Assembly: GCA_046725125.1 (NCBI GenBank)
Contig: JBKOXY010000306.1
Coordinates: 1-33,107, forward strand
Length of the DNA: 33,107 bases
From: Pseudomonadota bacterium
GTDB taxonomy: Bacteria; Pseudomonadota; Alphaproteobacteria; Rhizobiales; Xanthobacteraceae
Reading direction: 5' to 3'
The position numbers and the translations under genes were made by a program. Below are positions 18,269 through 27,774 of the stretch, piece after piece; the first letter of the stretch is position 1; every line of letters starts with the position of its first letter. The notes below the pieces were generated by a model that did not search any database, was not told the origin of the DNA, and saw only the letters and a program-made list of their open reading frames with translations.

Positions 18269-20074
18269 TTAATCGAAGACCCTCATCCAATCGCTGGACA
18301 AGTTGTGGGCAGCATAGAATTTTTCCAGCCGTGCACGCGTGCTGTTCTCCCCGAACTTTTCGTGTTCGCCTTTGCTGAGACCAAGGAAGCGCACTGCATT
18401 TCCAAACATGATCCCCTCGATCTGGGTGTCATTGTATCCGACAGCCCGCAAGAAAAAGATCATCACGTCCGGGAATGGTTTGGGTGAGAACAGTCTGGGA
18501 AAGCGCTCTTCCTGTGCGATCATCGACCAGTCGGTGCCATAGAGCAGCCGCTCATCGCTGTTGGGAAAGTGCTCCTTGAAGGCTTTCATGCATTCGACGA
18601 TCCTCCTGCTCGGACCAGTCTTGAGGATCTCGCCAGCGAGCTGATGTCGGCATAGGCATATGCATCGCTCGAACCGGTAATGATTTTTCCTATCGTCCAC
18701 TCCCAACATTTATCGACGTAGCTTACGGGCCGAGCATATTGCACGGCTTTGTTGAAGTGGCCGAAATGAGCCAGATTGATGCGCAGCCGTGGAAACGCAT
18801 CTTGTTTGAGAACCCTGGCCCAGAACGTCGGATCTGCGCGATCCTCATAATCGGTGTTGGGCCCGAAGCTATGGCTGGTATGGGCCATGATTGGCACATT
18901 GTTCGCGCTGCACCACGCGTAAAGTTTTGCGAGAGCCGCATCGAGCTTGCTACCCCAGCCCGGTATCGGGGGACTGCAAATACGCAGGCTCGTTGAATCT
19001 ATCGTCCGGCAGATGTTTGTTGTCTGCCGCCTGAAATCCCATCGGCGGGTAGAGCTTAACACCGACGAATCCGCCCGTCGTCCTGGTCGAGTTGCCGACG
19101 AGAATTCGATCAACCTCGATGGCGCGGCGCACGATCGCCATCGGGTCCTTATCTCCGGGTTTGCGCCGATGATGGTCATAAAGAGCCTGTCGCAGCGGGT
19201 CGAATCCGACGAAGCCATGCACGCGCGGGCCGTCCCTGCGGCAGGCGATCCTCGCCATGACGTCAACCTGCTCTTCGATGCTCAGTTGATCCTCGTCCTC
19301 GAGCCATTTGGAGAAATCGACGATCGCGGGGGTCATCAGCACGATCCGTGACTTCTGCCCCATCTTGCCATGAAGCTCATCAAGCTCCTCCGCCAGCTCG
19401 TAGCGATGGCGGGTGTACAAGAGCGCCCATCGAATGTAACGGCCGAGCAAGTCGTCACGCGAATAAAGTTCATCCGCCATGGCGTCGACCTGGAAAGGCG
19501 TCAAACCTCCCAATGCATCTCTGTCTTCCGCTGTGAGGTCCGGCTTGCCAAATTCTTCGTGAATCTGCTGATACAGAAATAGTTTGATTTGCTCGATCGC
19601 GACTTCAAGCGCGATGCCTTCGGTCAGTGACAGTGGGCGATCACTGAAGACGTCCCAGCTGAACCAGATGAGCCGAAACGCACTCCGCAAATGCTCGAGA
19701 TCCTGGTCCTGACGCCAAGCACTCGTCGGTTTTCTCTCTGGATCTCGTTCAAACTCGTTGATCTTGTCGATTTCGGTTTGCATGTCAGGGGCGGCGCGCT
19801 TCACCTGAACCGAGATCGCGTGCACCAACGCTTCGAGCGCTCCTGGATAGTCCGCGAACCGGGCGACGAGCTCGCTCGTCTGCGCCGATCTCGGAACCAT
19901 AATCTTCCTGGCGAAGCCCTCGATCGGCAGATCGGCGGCATTAAAGACGTGGCAATGCGCGTCGATGATACGGTCGATCCGAGGCGCCAGAGGCTGCGCC
20001 CAGGTTAATGCTGGGAACGCGGCTTTGCCGGCCGCCAACGCGATGCCGCCCGCGACAAATTCACGCCGACGCAT
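18269..20074 (-). pseudogene. Tat-signal amidohydrolase-family gene disrupted by two compensating frameshifts
   Basis: Three overlapping track ORFs (18950..20074, 18586..19266, 18269..18709) occupy frames 1, 0 and 1. The N-terminus has MRRREFVAGG...TWAQ and IDAHCHVF. The middle segment has VPIMAHTSHS, INLAHFGHF and YADIS, and the C-terminus has LLYGTDWSM. Together these read as one roughly 600-aa amidohydrolase-2-like protein. The frame changes at a G5 run (18968-18972) and near 18635-18650. Confidence 0.65.
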
Positions 20075-20192
20075 TGTTTGCCTCGTTTGGATGCTTCCGA
20101 AGGCTACCTGGCATTACCCGATTGTCCAGGTCTATTGAGGCTGCGAAGAGGCACGGCAAAAAGACCCGGATACGCATACCGGTGCTCATGAA

Positions 20193-21563
20193 TCAATACG
20201 CATATTCCTTGAACACCGGGTCGACGCTGCGGTCCCAGGCGCCGTGAAATTTTTCCAAGAGCTCTTCGGCGGGCGTAATACCGCGCGCGACATATTCCTC
20301 AATCGGGCGCAAATAGCGTCTCTCGTCCTGGCCGCCAGCGTCCAGCCGCCGACGCCGCGCAAGTCCCTTCTCCGCCAGCGCCATCGTTGCCTTGGCGAGA
20401 TGCAGCACGTCGTGCCCCGCGATCCTAGCCGCGAAGCCTAGCTTCGGCACGTCATCGCGCAGCTTCTGGCGCTCCTCGGCAGTCCAATTCTTGACTAGAT
20501 CCCAGGCGGCGGCGAGCGAGTCGTCATCGTAGAGAATCCCGGCCCAGTAGGCCGGCAATGCCGGCAACCTGCGCCACGGACCACCATCCGCACCGCGCAT
20601 TTCGAGATAGCGCTTGAGTCGCACCTCCGGGAAGATCGTAGAGATGTGGTTCGCCCAGTCGGAGATCGTGGCGCGCCCGCCTGGCAGGCCCGGGAGTCGT
20701 CCCTGCATCAGGTCGCGGAACGATTGTCCAGCGACGTCGATATAGCGCTCCCCGCGCTTGACGAAATACATGGGCACCCCGAGGGCGTAGTCGACGTAAC
20801 GCTCGAAGCCCATACCAGGCTCGAATGCCCACGGCAGCATGCCGCAGCGGTCGGCATCCGTATCGCGCCAGATCTCGGAGCGAAACGAGAGAAAGCCATT
20901 GGGCTTACCCTCGGTGAAGGGCGAGTTGGCGAACATCGCGGTTGCGACCGGCTGCAGCGCGAGCGAGACCCGCAGCTTCTTCACCATGTCGGCTTCGGAG
21001 GAATAGTCGAGGTTCGTCTGCACCGTGCAGGTGCGGTACATCATATCGAGGCCATGTTTGCCCACCTTCGGCATGTAGGCCGTCATGATGCGGTAGCGGC
21101 CCTTGGGCATCATCGGAATCTGGGACCGGCTCCAGTTCGGCGTCATGCCGAGCCCGAGAAAGCCGATGCCGAGCGGGCGCGCGATTTCCTTGACCTGCGC
21201 GAGATGTGCCATGAGCTCGGAGCAGGTCTGGTGCACCGTCTCGACCGGCGCGCCCGAAAGCTCGAACTGGCCGCCCGGCTCGAGCGAGATCGCGCCACCC
21301 CCGGTCACGTCGAACAGACCGATAATGTTGCCGTCCTCGATGATCGGTTCCCAACCGAGCAGATGCTGCATGCCTTCGAGCAACGCACGGATGCCGCGGC
21401 GGCCCTCATAGGAGACCGGGTTGTGGCCCTCGACCGTAAACACGAACTTCTCGTGCTCGGTACCGAGGCGGAACTGAGATCTGGGCTTGCTGCCCGCCTC
21501 AAGCCACGCGACGAGCTCCTCGCGCGTTTCGATCGGCGTCATGTCGACTTGGTCGCGAGCCAT
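20193..21563 (-). CDS. gshA: glutamate--cysteine ligase (plant/alphaproteobacterial GCS2 type)
   Basis: 456 aa. N-terminus ...FRLGTEHEKFVF and overall length and composition are typical of alphaproteobacterial GshA. ATG start. Confidence 0.92.
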   Translation of the reverse strand: MARDQVDMTPIETREELVAWLEAGSKPRSQFRLGTEHEKFVFTVEGHNPVSYEGRRGIRALLEGMQHLLGWEPIIEDGNIIGLFDVTGGGAISLEPGGQFELSGAPVETVHQTCSELMAHLAQVKEIARPLGIGFLGLGMTPNWSRSQIPMMPKGRYRIMTAYMPKVGKHGLDMMYRTCTVQTNLDYSSEADMVKKLRVSLALQPVATAMFANSPFTEGKPNGFLSFRSEIWRDTDADRCGMLPWAFEPGMGFERYVDYALGVPMYFVKRGERYIDVAGQSFRDLMQGRLPGLPGGRATISDWANHISTIFPEVRLKRYLEMRGADGGPWRRLPALPAYWAGILYDDDSLAAAWDLVKNWTAEERQKLRDDVPKLGFAARIAGHDVLHLAKATMALAEKGLARRRRLDAGGQDERRYLRPIEEYVARGITPAEELLEKFHGAWDRSVDPVFKEYAY

Positions 21564-21715
21564 ACAGCGGTTCCGACGGAAAGGGCCGCGACCTTACACG
21601 GCGGCTGCAAGGGAGGGCAATTGGTGTCACGCCTTGCGATGCGGAGCGTTGTCGCACCACAAATCACCATCGGCCGAGGGGCGCGCCGAGGTAAAAATCG
21701 TCGAGCTTGCGGGCT

Positions 21716-23923
21716 TCAAGCGGCCGCGGGCTGGCGGGCAAACCGGCCGTAGAAGGTGTCCCCCTTTTCTGCCATATCGATCAGCAGCTTTGAGGGCATA
21801 AAACGCGCGCCGCAGGACCTCTCCAGCCGCTTACAGAGTTCGACGAACGCCTTGGTTCCCATCATGTCGATATAAGAGAGCGTGCCGCCGGTGAACGGCG
21901 CGAAGCCGAACCCAAGAATTGAACCGACATCGGCCTCGCGGACGTCCGTGATCACCCCCTCCTCCACGCAGCGCGCGGTTTCAAGCGCCTGGATGGCAAG
22001 GAGGCGCTGTTTAAGCTCCTGGGTGTCTATTAGAGCGGGATCGAGCTTGCTCGGCTGCAGCTCGACGAGACCCGGCCATAGCTTCTTCGGCGCATTTCGC
22101 GGATAGTCGTAGAATCCCTTGCCGTTCTTGCGCCCGAGGCGGCCGCGCTTCTCCACCATCTCTTCGAGCAGCGCCTTCTGCTGCGAATCGATGGCGTTAG
22201 GACCAAGGTCAGCCTCGGTTGCCTTCAAAATCTTCCACACGAGATCGACCGCGACCTCGTCGTTGAGCGAGAGCGGCCCCACCGGCATTCCGGCCATGCG
22301 TCCGAGATTCTCGATCATCGCCGCGGGCACGCCTTCGGCGAGCATCAGATGGCCCTCGCGGATGTAGGTGCCGACTACGCGCGAGGTGTAGAAGCCACGC
22401 GCGTCAGTGACAACAATCGGCGTCTTGCGGATCGCGCGCACGTAATCGAGCGCGGCCGCGAGCGCCATTTCGCTTGTTTGTTTGCCGAGGATGATCTCGA
22501 CCAGCATCATGCGCTCGACTGGCGAAAAGAAATGGATGCCGATGAAACTTCCTGGCCGTTTCGAGATCTCCGCCAGCGAGGTGATCGGCAGGGTCGAGGT
22601 GTTGGAGCCGAAGACTGCCCCCTCTCCGATCGTGGCTTCCGCCGCGGCGATAGCGCCGGCCTTGATCTTGCGGTCCTCGAAAACTGCCTCGACGACGAGG
22701 TTGCAATCCTTGAGCGCGCCGTAGTCCGAGGTCGCTGTTACGCGCGCGAGCAGCGCGTCGCGCTCGGTCGTGGTCGCGCGGCCGCTGTCGATCTGCTGGG
22801 CCATCAATCTCGCCGAATGGACCTTGCCCTTGTCGGCCGCCTCCTGGTCGCGGTCGATCAACACGACGTTGAGGCCCGCCATCGCAGTGACATAGGCGAT
22901 GCCGGCGCCCATAAAACCGGCGCCGATCACACCGATGGTTTTCAAGTTCGTTGTCGGCACGGTCTTCGGCCGGCGCGCGCCTTTGTTGAGCTCGCGCACG
23001 GACACGAACAAGGTGCGGATCATGGCCGCCGCTTCCGGCGAGCGCAAGATTTTGGCAAACCAGCGCGACTCCACGCGCAGCGCGGCGTCCATCGGCAGCT
23101 GTAGGCCTTCGTAGACGACTTGCATGACTGCGCGCGCACCGGGGTAGTTGTCGTAGGTTTCGCGCCGGTAGATCGCGGTGGCGGCGGGGAACGTCATCAT
23201 GCCGGCCTTGGAATAAACAGGTCCGCCTGGCAGCCGGAAGCCTTCCATGTCCCACAGCGCCTTGGCCACTCCGTCGGTCTTGATCCATTCCTTGGCGTAC
23301 GTCACGACATCGGCGGTAGGCACGATGGCGTTGATGAGCTTCATGTCCTTGGCCTGCGCGAGGCGAAGTTGGTCGCCCTTGAGCAAGAACCGGAGCGCAT
23401 CGGCCGGTGGCATCATGCGGGCGATGCGTTGCGTCCCGCCGGCGCCAGGAAAGAGGCCGATCTTGATTTCCGGCAATCCCACGCGCGTGTTCGCGCTCTC
23501 GCCTGCGACCCGGTGATGGCACGCTAGGCAAAGCTCGAAACCACCACCGAGCGCCGTGCCGGTGATCGCCGCGACCCACGGTTTGCCGCAAGTCTCGAGG
23601 CGCCGATAGAGTAGCGACAACTTGCGGCTGTCCTCGAAAAGTACGGTGGCTGCGGCCTCCTCGCCGCGTGCCCTAGCCATCTCGGCGAACGCGTGGATGG
23701 ACGCTTCCAGCATGGTGAGGTCCGCGCCGGCACAAAACGCCTCCTTGCCCGAGGTGATGACCGCGCCCCTGATTGCGCCATCGCCGGCAACCGTCTCCAC
23801 GATATCGGAAAGCTCCCCGATGACGTTACGATCGATGACGTTCATCGAACGGCCGGGCGCGTCCCAAGTGATAAGCGCGATGCCGTCTGCGTCGGTATCG
23901 AGCTTGAAATTGACGTAAGTCAT
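21716..23923 (-). CDS. bifunctional enoyl-CoA hydratase / 3-hydroxyacyl-CoA dehydrogenase (FadB/FadJ-like)
   Basis: 735 aa. N-terminal crotonase fold (FCAGADL, GGGFELCLACH), a central NAD-binding IGVIGAGFMGAGIA, and C-terminal 3HCDH domains. Confidence 0.92.
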   Translation of the reverse strand: MTYVNFKLDTDADGIALITWDAPGRSMNVIDRNVIGELSDIVETVAGDGAIRGAVITSGKEAFCAGADLTMLEASIHAFAEMARARGEEAAATVLFEDSRKLSLLYRRLETCGKPWVAAITGTALGGGFELCLACHHRVAGESANTRVGLPEIKIGLFPGAGGTQRIARMMPPADALRFLLKGDQLRLAQAKDMKLINAIVPTADVVTYAKEWIKTDGVAKALWDMEGFRLPGGPVYSKAGMMTFPAATAIYRRETYDNYPGARAVMQVVYEGLQLPMDAALRVESRWFAKILRSPEAAAMIRTLFVSVRELNKGARRPKTVPTTNLKTIGVIGAGFMGAGIAYVTAMAGLNVVLIDRDQEAADKGKVHSARLMAQQIDSGRATTTERDALLARVTATSDYGALKDCNLVVEAVFEDRKIKAGAIAAAEATIGEGAVFGSNTSTLPITSLAEISKRPGSFIGIHFFSPVERMMLVEIILGKQTSEMALAAALDYVRAIRKTPIVVTDARGFYTSRVVGTYIREGHLMLAEGVPAAMIENLGRMAGMPVGPLSLNDEVAVDLVWKILKATEADLGPNAIDSQQKALLEEMVEKRGRLGRKNGKGFYDYPRNAPKKLWPGLVELQPSKLDPALIDTQELKQRLLAIQALETARCVEEGVITDVREADVGSILGFGFAPFTGGTLSYIDMMGTKAFVELCKRLERSCGARFMPSKLLIDMAEKGDTFYGRFARQPAAA

Positions 23924-23947
23924 GGCGCGCCCTGGGCCTCGGTCGCC

Positions 23948-24442
23948 TCATCCACCGCTTTTCGGATAAGCCTCGCCCGACATGCGTGAAAAGCGAAAGC
24001 CGTTCTCGTCCCTGTCGTAAACGAGATCGACATTGGGATAATGCGCGCGCTCACGCTTGGCGCGCGTGCCGACCTCGAGATAGACCGCGTCGTGTTGCGA
24101 CTTATTGACAAGATGATGACCGTTGGCGACCCCAGCCTTGAAACCCGCGGCGTCGCCCGGTTGCAACACAGTCGTGCCGCCGTCCTCGATCAGCATGATC
24201 TCGCCCTCGAGCACATAAACGAACTCGTCTTCGGCCTCGTGCCAGTGGCGCAGCGCGGAGGCGGCGCCGGGCTTGAGGCGCGTGAGATTGACCCCGAACT
24301 GGGTGAGCCCGACGACGTCGCCGAGCGCGGTCTTCTCTCGGCCCTCGGTAATGCCGCGCCACGGCTCGGGATAGACGCCCCTGGTGCGCACCGTCGCCTT
24401 GGCAAGACTATTTTCGGCACCGTGCTCTCCTGTGCGCCTCAA
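23948..24442 (-). CDS. cupin domain-containing protein (paralog 2)
   Basis: Cupin motifs are intact: HWHEAEDEFVYVLEG and PGDAAGFKAG...H..VN. By eye it is roughly 60% identical to the upstream paralog. The start is uncertain: a TTG at 24442 overlaps the upstream stop (TTGA), and an in-frame GTG lies 17 codons downstream. Confidence 0.72.
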   Translation of the reverse strand: MRRTGEHGAENSLAKATVRTRGVYPEPWRGITEGREKTALGDVVGLTQFGVNLTRLKPGAASALRHWHEAEDEFVYVLEGEIMLIEDGGTTVLQPGDAAGFKAGVANGHHLVNKSQHDAVYLEVGTRAKRERAHYPNVDLVYDRDENGFRFSRMSGEAYPKSGG

Positions 24443-24903
24443 TCACGGATCGGCTCGCCTGACTTACGGAAATAGCGACGGCCGGTTCCGTCGCGCTCCA
24501 TCATGAAATCGACATCGGGGTAGTGCACGCGCTCGCTCCTAGCGCGTGTGCCGACCTCGAGATAGACCGCGTCGCGTTCGTTGCGGTTGACGAAGCAATG
24601 CGCGACACCGCTGCCGGCCTTGAAGCCTGCGGCATCCCCTGGCCTGAGCACGGTCTCGCCCTCGTTCTCCCGCAGGATCAATTCGCCTTCAAGCATGTAG
24701 ATGAACTCGTCCTCCTGTTCGTGCCAGTGGCGCAGTGCCGAGGCCGAGCCTGCTTTGATGCGCGTGATATTGACGCCGAACTGGGTCAAGGCCACCGCAT
24801 CGCCGACTCTCTGCTTTTCGCGTCCAGAGATCACCGAGGCGAATTCTTTCGGATAGGACGCGATCTGCTGCGCCGGAATTTTTTCGATCTCGATCTTGGG
24901 CAT
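24439..24903 (-). CDS. cupin domain-containing protein (paralog 1)
   Basis: 154 aa. The ATG is preceded by GGGGAG. Cupin motifs HWHEQEDEFIYMLEG and PGDAAGFKAG...H.FVN are present. Confidence 0.8.
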   Translation of the reverse strand: MPKIEIEKIPAQQIASYPKEFASVISGREKQRVGDAVALTQFGVNITRIKAGSASALRHWHEQEDEFIYMLEGELILRENEGETVLRPGDAAGFKAGSGVAHCFVNRNERDAVYLEVGTRARSERVHYPDVDFMMERDGTGRRYFRKSGEPIRD

Positions 24904-24973
24904 CTGCTCCCCTATCTAACCGCTGCTAATGATCGCAATCCATCTATTCATTTCGTGGTTCAGCGAGGAGGAA

Positions 24974-26182
24974 CTAGACCCGCTCGATGATTGTGGCCGT
25001 ACCCATGCCGGCGCCGATGCACAGCGTCACCAGTGCGGTCGAGAGATCGCGTCGCTCCAATTCATCAATGACGGTGCCAAGGATCATGGCGCCGGTCGCG
25101 CCGAGCGGGTGACCCATAGCGATCGCCCCGCCGTTGACATTGACCTTGGCCGCATCGAGGTCGAAAGCCTGGCAATAGCGCAGCACCACGGACGCAAACG
25201 CCTCGTTGACTTCGATGAGATCGATGTCGTCGAGCGACATCTTCGCCTTGGCCAAAACCTTCTCCGTCACGTCAACGGGCCCGGTCAGCATGATTGCGGG
25301 CTCCGAGCCGATATTGGCGAACGCCCTGATGCGCATACGCGGCTTCAACCCAGCCTTCTCGCCCGCCTGCCTGCTGCCGATCAGCACGGCAGCGGCACCG
25401 TCGACGATGCCGGACGAATTGCCGGCATGGTGCACGTGATTGATCGTCTCGAGCTCGGGATGCGCCTGTACCGCGACCGCATCAAAGCCACCCATCTCGC
25501 CGAGCTGCACGAAGGAAGGATTGAGCTGCGCCAAGGATTGCATGGTGGTAGTGGGCCGCATGTGCTCATCCTTGGCGAGGATGGTGAGCCCGTTCACGTC
25601 CTTGACCGAAATCACCGAGCGCGCGAAACGGCCTTCGTTCCACGCAGTCGCCGCGCGCTTTTGGCTCTCCACGGCATAGGCGTCGACGTCGTCGCGGGAA
25701 AAACCGTATTTGGTCGCGATGAGGTCGGCCGAAATCCCTTGCGGCATGAAATAGGATTTGAGCGCGATGGCGGGATCCATGGGCCAGGCGCCGCCTGCGG
25801 CACCGATGCCGACCCGGCTCATGGATTCGACCCCTCCGCCGATGGTCATGTCGTGCTGCCCCGACATGATCTCGGCTGCGGCAAAATTGACCGCATCGAG
25901 GCCCGAGGCGCAAAAGCGATTGATTTGGACGCCCGGCACGCCATCGCCATAGCCTGCCGTGAGCGCCGCCACGCGCGCGATATCGCCGCCCGCCTCGCCG
26001 ATCGGGTCGACACAACCAAGTACCACGTCGTCGACGAGCGCCGGGTCGAGTTTGTTGCGCTCCTTCACCGCCGCCAACGCCTGCGTCGCCAGATTGAGCG
26101 CGGTCACCTCGTGCAGCGCGCCATCCGCCTTGCCGCGCCCTCGTGGCGTGCGAACGTGATCGTAGATGAAGGCGTCGGGCAT
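24974..26182 (-). CDS. acetyl-CoA C-acyltransferase (thiolase, FadA-like)
   Basis: 402 aa with thiolase signatures: NRFCASGL (active-site Cys), [17 protein letters not shown] and CIGAGMG. The ATG is preceded by GGAGA. Confidence 0.93.
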   Translation of the reverse strand: MPDAFIYDHVRTPRGRGKADGALHEVTALNLATQALAAVKERNKLDPALVDDVVLGCVDPIGEAGGDIARVAALTAGYGDGVPGVQINRFCASGLDAVNFAAAEIMSGQHDMTIGGGVESMSRVGIGAAGGAWPMDPAIALKSYFMPQGISADLIATKYGFSRDDVDAYAVESQKRAATAWNEGRFARSVISVKDVNGLTILAKDEHMRPTTTMQSLAQLNPSFVQLGEMGGFDAVAVQAHPELETINHVHHAGNSSGIVDGAAAVLIGSRQAGEKAGLKPRMRIRAFANIGSEPAIMLTGPVDVTEKVLAKAKMSLDDIDLIEVNEAFASVVLRYCQAFDLDAAKVNVNGGAIAMGHPLGATGAMILGTVIDELERRDLSTALVTLCIGAGMGTATIIERV

Positions 26183-26280
26183 AGGGGTCTCCGTAGCGGT
26201 CGCGGCACCTCAGTAGCCAGCGGCGGCCGGGCGGCGGAACGTTTGCGCCCTTCTATTTTCCATTATCCGTCGTCCGAGCA

Positions 26281-27438
26281 TCACAGACTCCTTGCAATCA
26301 GAAGCTTCATGATCTCATTGGTGCCGGCGTAGATACGCATCACGCGCGCGTCGCGATACATCCGCGAGATCGGAAATTCCTCCATATAGCCGTAGCCACC
26401 AAAGAACTGCAGGCAACGATCGATGATCTTTCCCTGCAAGTCGGTGATCCAATACTTGGCCATGGAGGCCGTGACCGTATCGAGCGTGCCGCCAAGATAG
26501 CGCTCGATGCAATGGTCGTGAAACACCCGCGCGATTGTCGCCTCCGATTTGCATTCGGCCAGCCCGAACTGGGTGTTCTGGAATTCGATAATCTTCTTGC
26601 CGAAGGCCTCCCGCTGCTTGACGTACTCGATAGTGAGAGCAAGCGCACGCTCGATCATGGCCTGGGCATGAACCGCGACGATGAGACGCTCGCGCGGAAG
26701 ATCGTTCATGAGCTGCGCGAAGCCTTGGCCTTCCTCTCTACCGAGCAAGTTCTCCGCCGGCAGCTTCACGTCTTCGAAGAACAGTTCGGAGGTGTCGGCG
26801 GAATCGAGGCCGAGCTTCTTGAGCTTGCGGCCGCGGCGAAAACCGGCCGCATCCTCGGTTTCCACCACCATCAGCGACACGCCCTTGGCGCCCATACTCG
26901 CATCGGTCTTCGCGACGACGATGATCAGATTGGCGTGCTGGCCGTTGGTGATGAAGGTCTTCGAGCCGTTGAGCACATAGCCATTGCCCGACTTCTTTGC
27001 CGTCGTGCGCACGCCTTGCAGGTCGGAGCCGGTGCCAGGCTCGCTCATGGCGATCGCGCCAACGAGTTCGCCGGTGACGAGCTTGGGCAGCCAGTGCCTT
27101 TTCTGCTCGTCGGTGCCGTAGTGCAGGATATAAGGCGCAACGATGCCGGAATGCAGGGGCGCGCCGAAGGAGTCGAAGCCCGCAAGGCTCAATTCCCGGC
27201 CGATCACCGCTTCGTGCGCGAAGGTGCCGCCGGCGCCGCCGTATTCTTCAGGAATCGCCGGGCAAAGGAGCCCGGCCGCGCCGGCTTTGTTCCAGACTTC
27301 GCGGTCGTATCTGCCCTCCTCATTCCAGGTCTCGAGGTGTGGAACGTACTCGGCCGCAATGAAGCGCCGCGCCTGCTCTTCGAGCAGCACGAGGTCCTCG
27401 GTCATCCAGCCCGGACGCGGAAGGTTGAGGATGTTCAT
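26281..27438 (-). CDS. acyl-CoA dehydrogenase
   Basis: About 385 aa with a typical ACAD C-terminus (GGYGYMEEFPISRMYRDARVMRIYAGTNEIMKLLIARSL). I chose the ATG at 27438 (MNILNLPRPGW); the track starts at a GTG 7 codons upstream. Confidence 0.9.
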   Translation of the reverse strand: MNILNLPRPGWMTEDLVLLEEQARRFIAAEYVPHLETWNEEGRYDREVWNKAGAAGLLCPAIPEEYGGAGGTFAHEAVIGRELSLAGFDSFGAPLHSGIVAPYILHYGTDEQKRHWLPKLVTGELVGAIAMSEPGTGSDLQGVRTTAKKSGNGYVLNGSKTFITNGQHANLIIVVAKTDASMGAKGVSLMVVETEDAAGFRRGRKLKKLGLDSADTSELFFEDVKLPAENLLGREEGQGFAQLMNDLPRERLIVAVHAQAMIERALALTIEYVKQREAFGKKIIEFQNTQFGLAECKSEATIARVFHDHCIERYLGGTLDTVTASMAKYWITDLQGKIIDRCLQFFGGYGYMEEFPISRMYRDARVMRIYAGTNEIMKLLIARSL

Positions 27439-27524
27439 GAGCAATCCCGGTGATCGCACAGCTTACAGGGCACCGCCGCACTATGCGAGAGCAACAAGCG
27501 TTGACAAGCGGCCGCCACTTTTTC

Positions 27525-27564
27525 ACAACGGCTCGGCCGGATGAACAACGGCTCGGCCGGATGA
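27525..27564. repeat. perfect 20-bp tandem direct repeat (2 copies), each with a small GC stem-loop
   Basis: acaacggctcggccggatga occurs at 27525-27544 and again, with no gap, at 27545-27564. Each unit contains cggc-tcg-gccg. It lies in the 336-bp divergent region between the acyl-CoA dehydrogenase gene and the yeiH-family gene. Confidence 0.9.
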
Positions 27565-27774
27565 AGAGGGACAATTTTTCATGCAACTCGCCAATTCGCG
27601 ATCGAATGGTCTGCGGCCGATCAACCGAGGTCAGCCGCTTTCCTGCTGGGACTGGCCAGGACCACCGATGACACAAGGCCGCGAAGCCGAGGACCTCGGC
27701 TCAATGGCAGGAAATCCGTCAGTTCGGGGCGCGAGCGAGGGCAATACCCACCTCGGGGCCGCGGCCTTCGCGCC

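Noticed and set aside
20150-20185. Possible intrinsic terminators after gshA (T-run on the minus strand near 20158-20165) and after the fad operon (gcttg...caagc at about 21705-21721 followed by TTTTT).
   Set aside because: The stems are only 4-5 bp with mismatches or poorly spaced T-tracts, which is too weak to call as features.
18138-20192. Considered calling the low-GC segment a mobile element or genomic island.
   Set aside because: I could find no transposase, integrase, tRNA target, or terminal inverted or direct repeats in either flank. Only the compositional deviation and the single disrupted gene are visible.
27525-27564. Considered whether the tandem repeats here and at 12338-12384 could be a degenerate CRISPR array.
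   Set aside because: There are only two copies, they are directly abutting with no spacers, the units are 20-24 nt, and no cas genes are nearby.
27686-27700. Perfect 7-bp inverted repeat with a 1-nt spacer (gccgagg a cctcggc) upstream of the yeiH-family gene.
   Set aside because: GC-rich 7-bp palindromes are expected a few times by chance in 33 kb of this composition. There is no adjacent regulator gene and no second copy.
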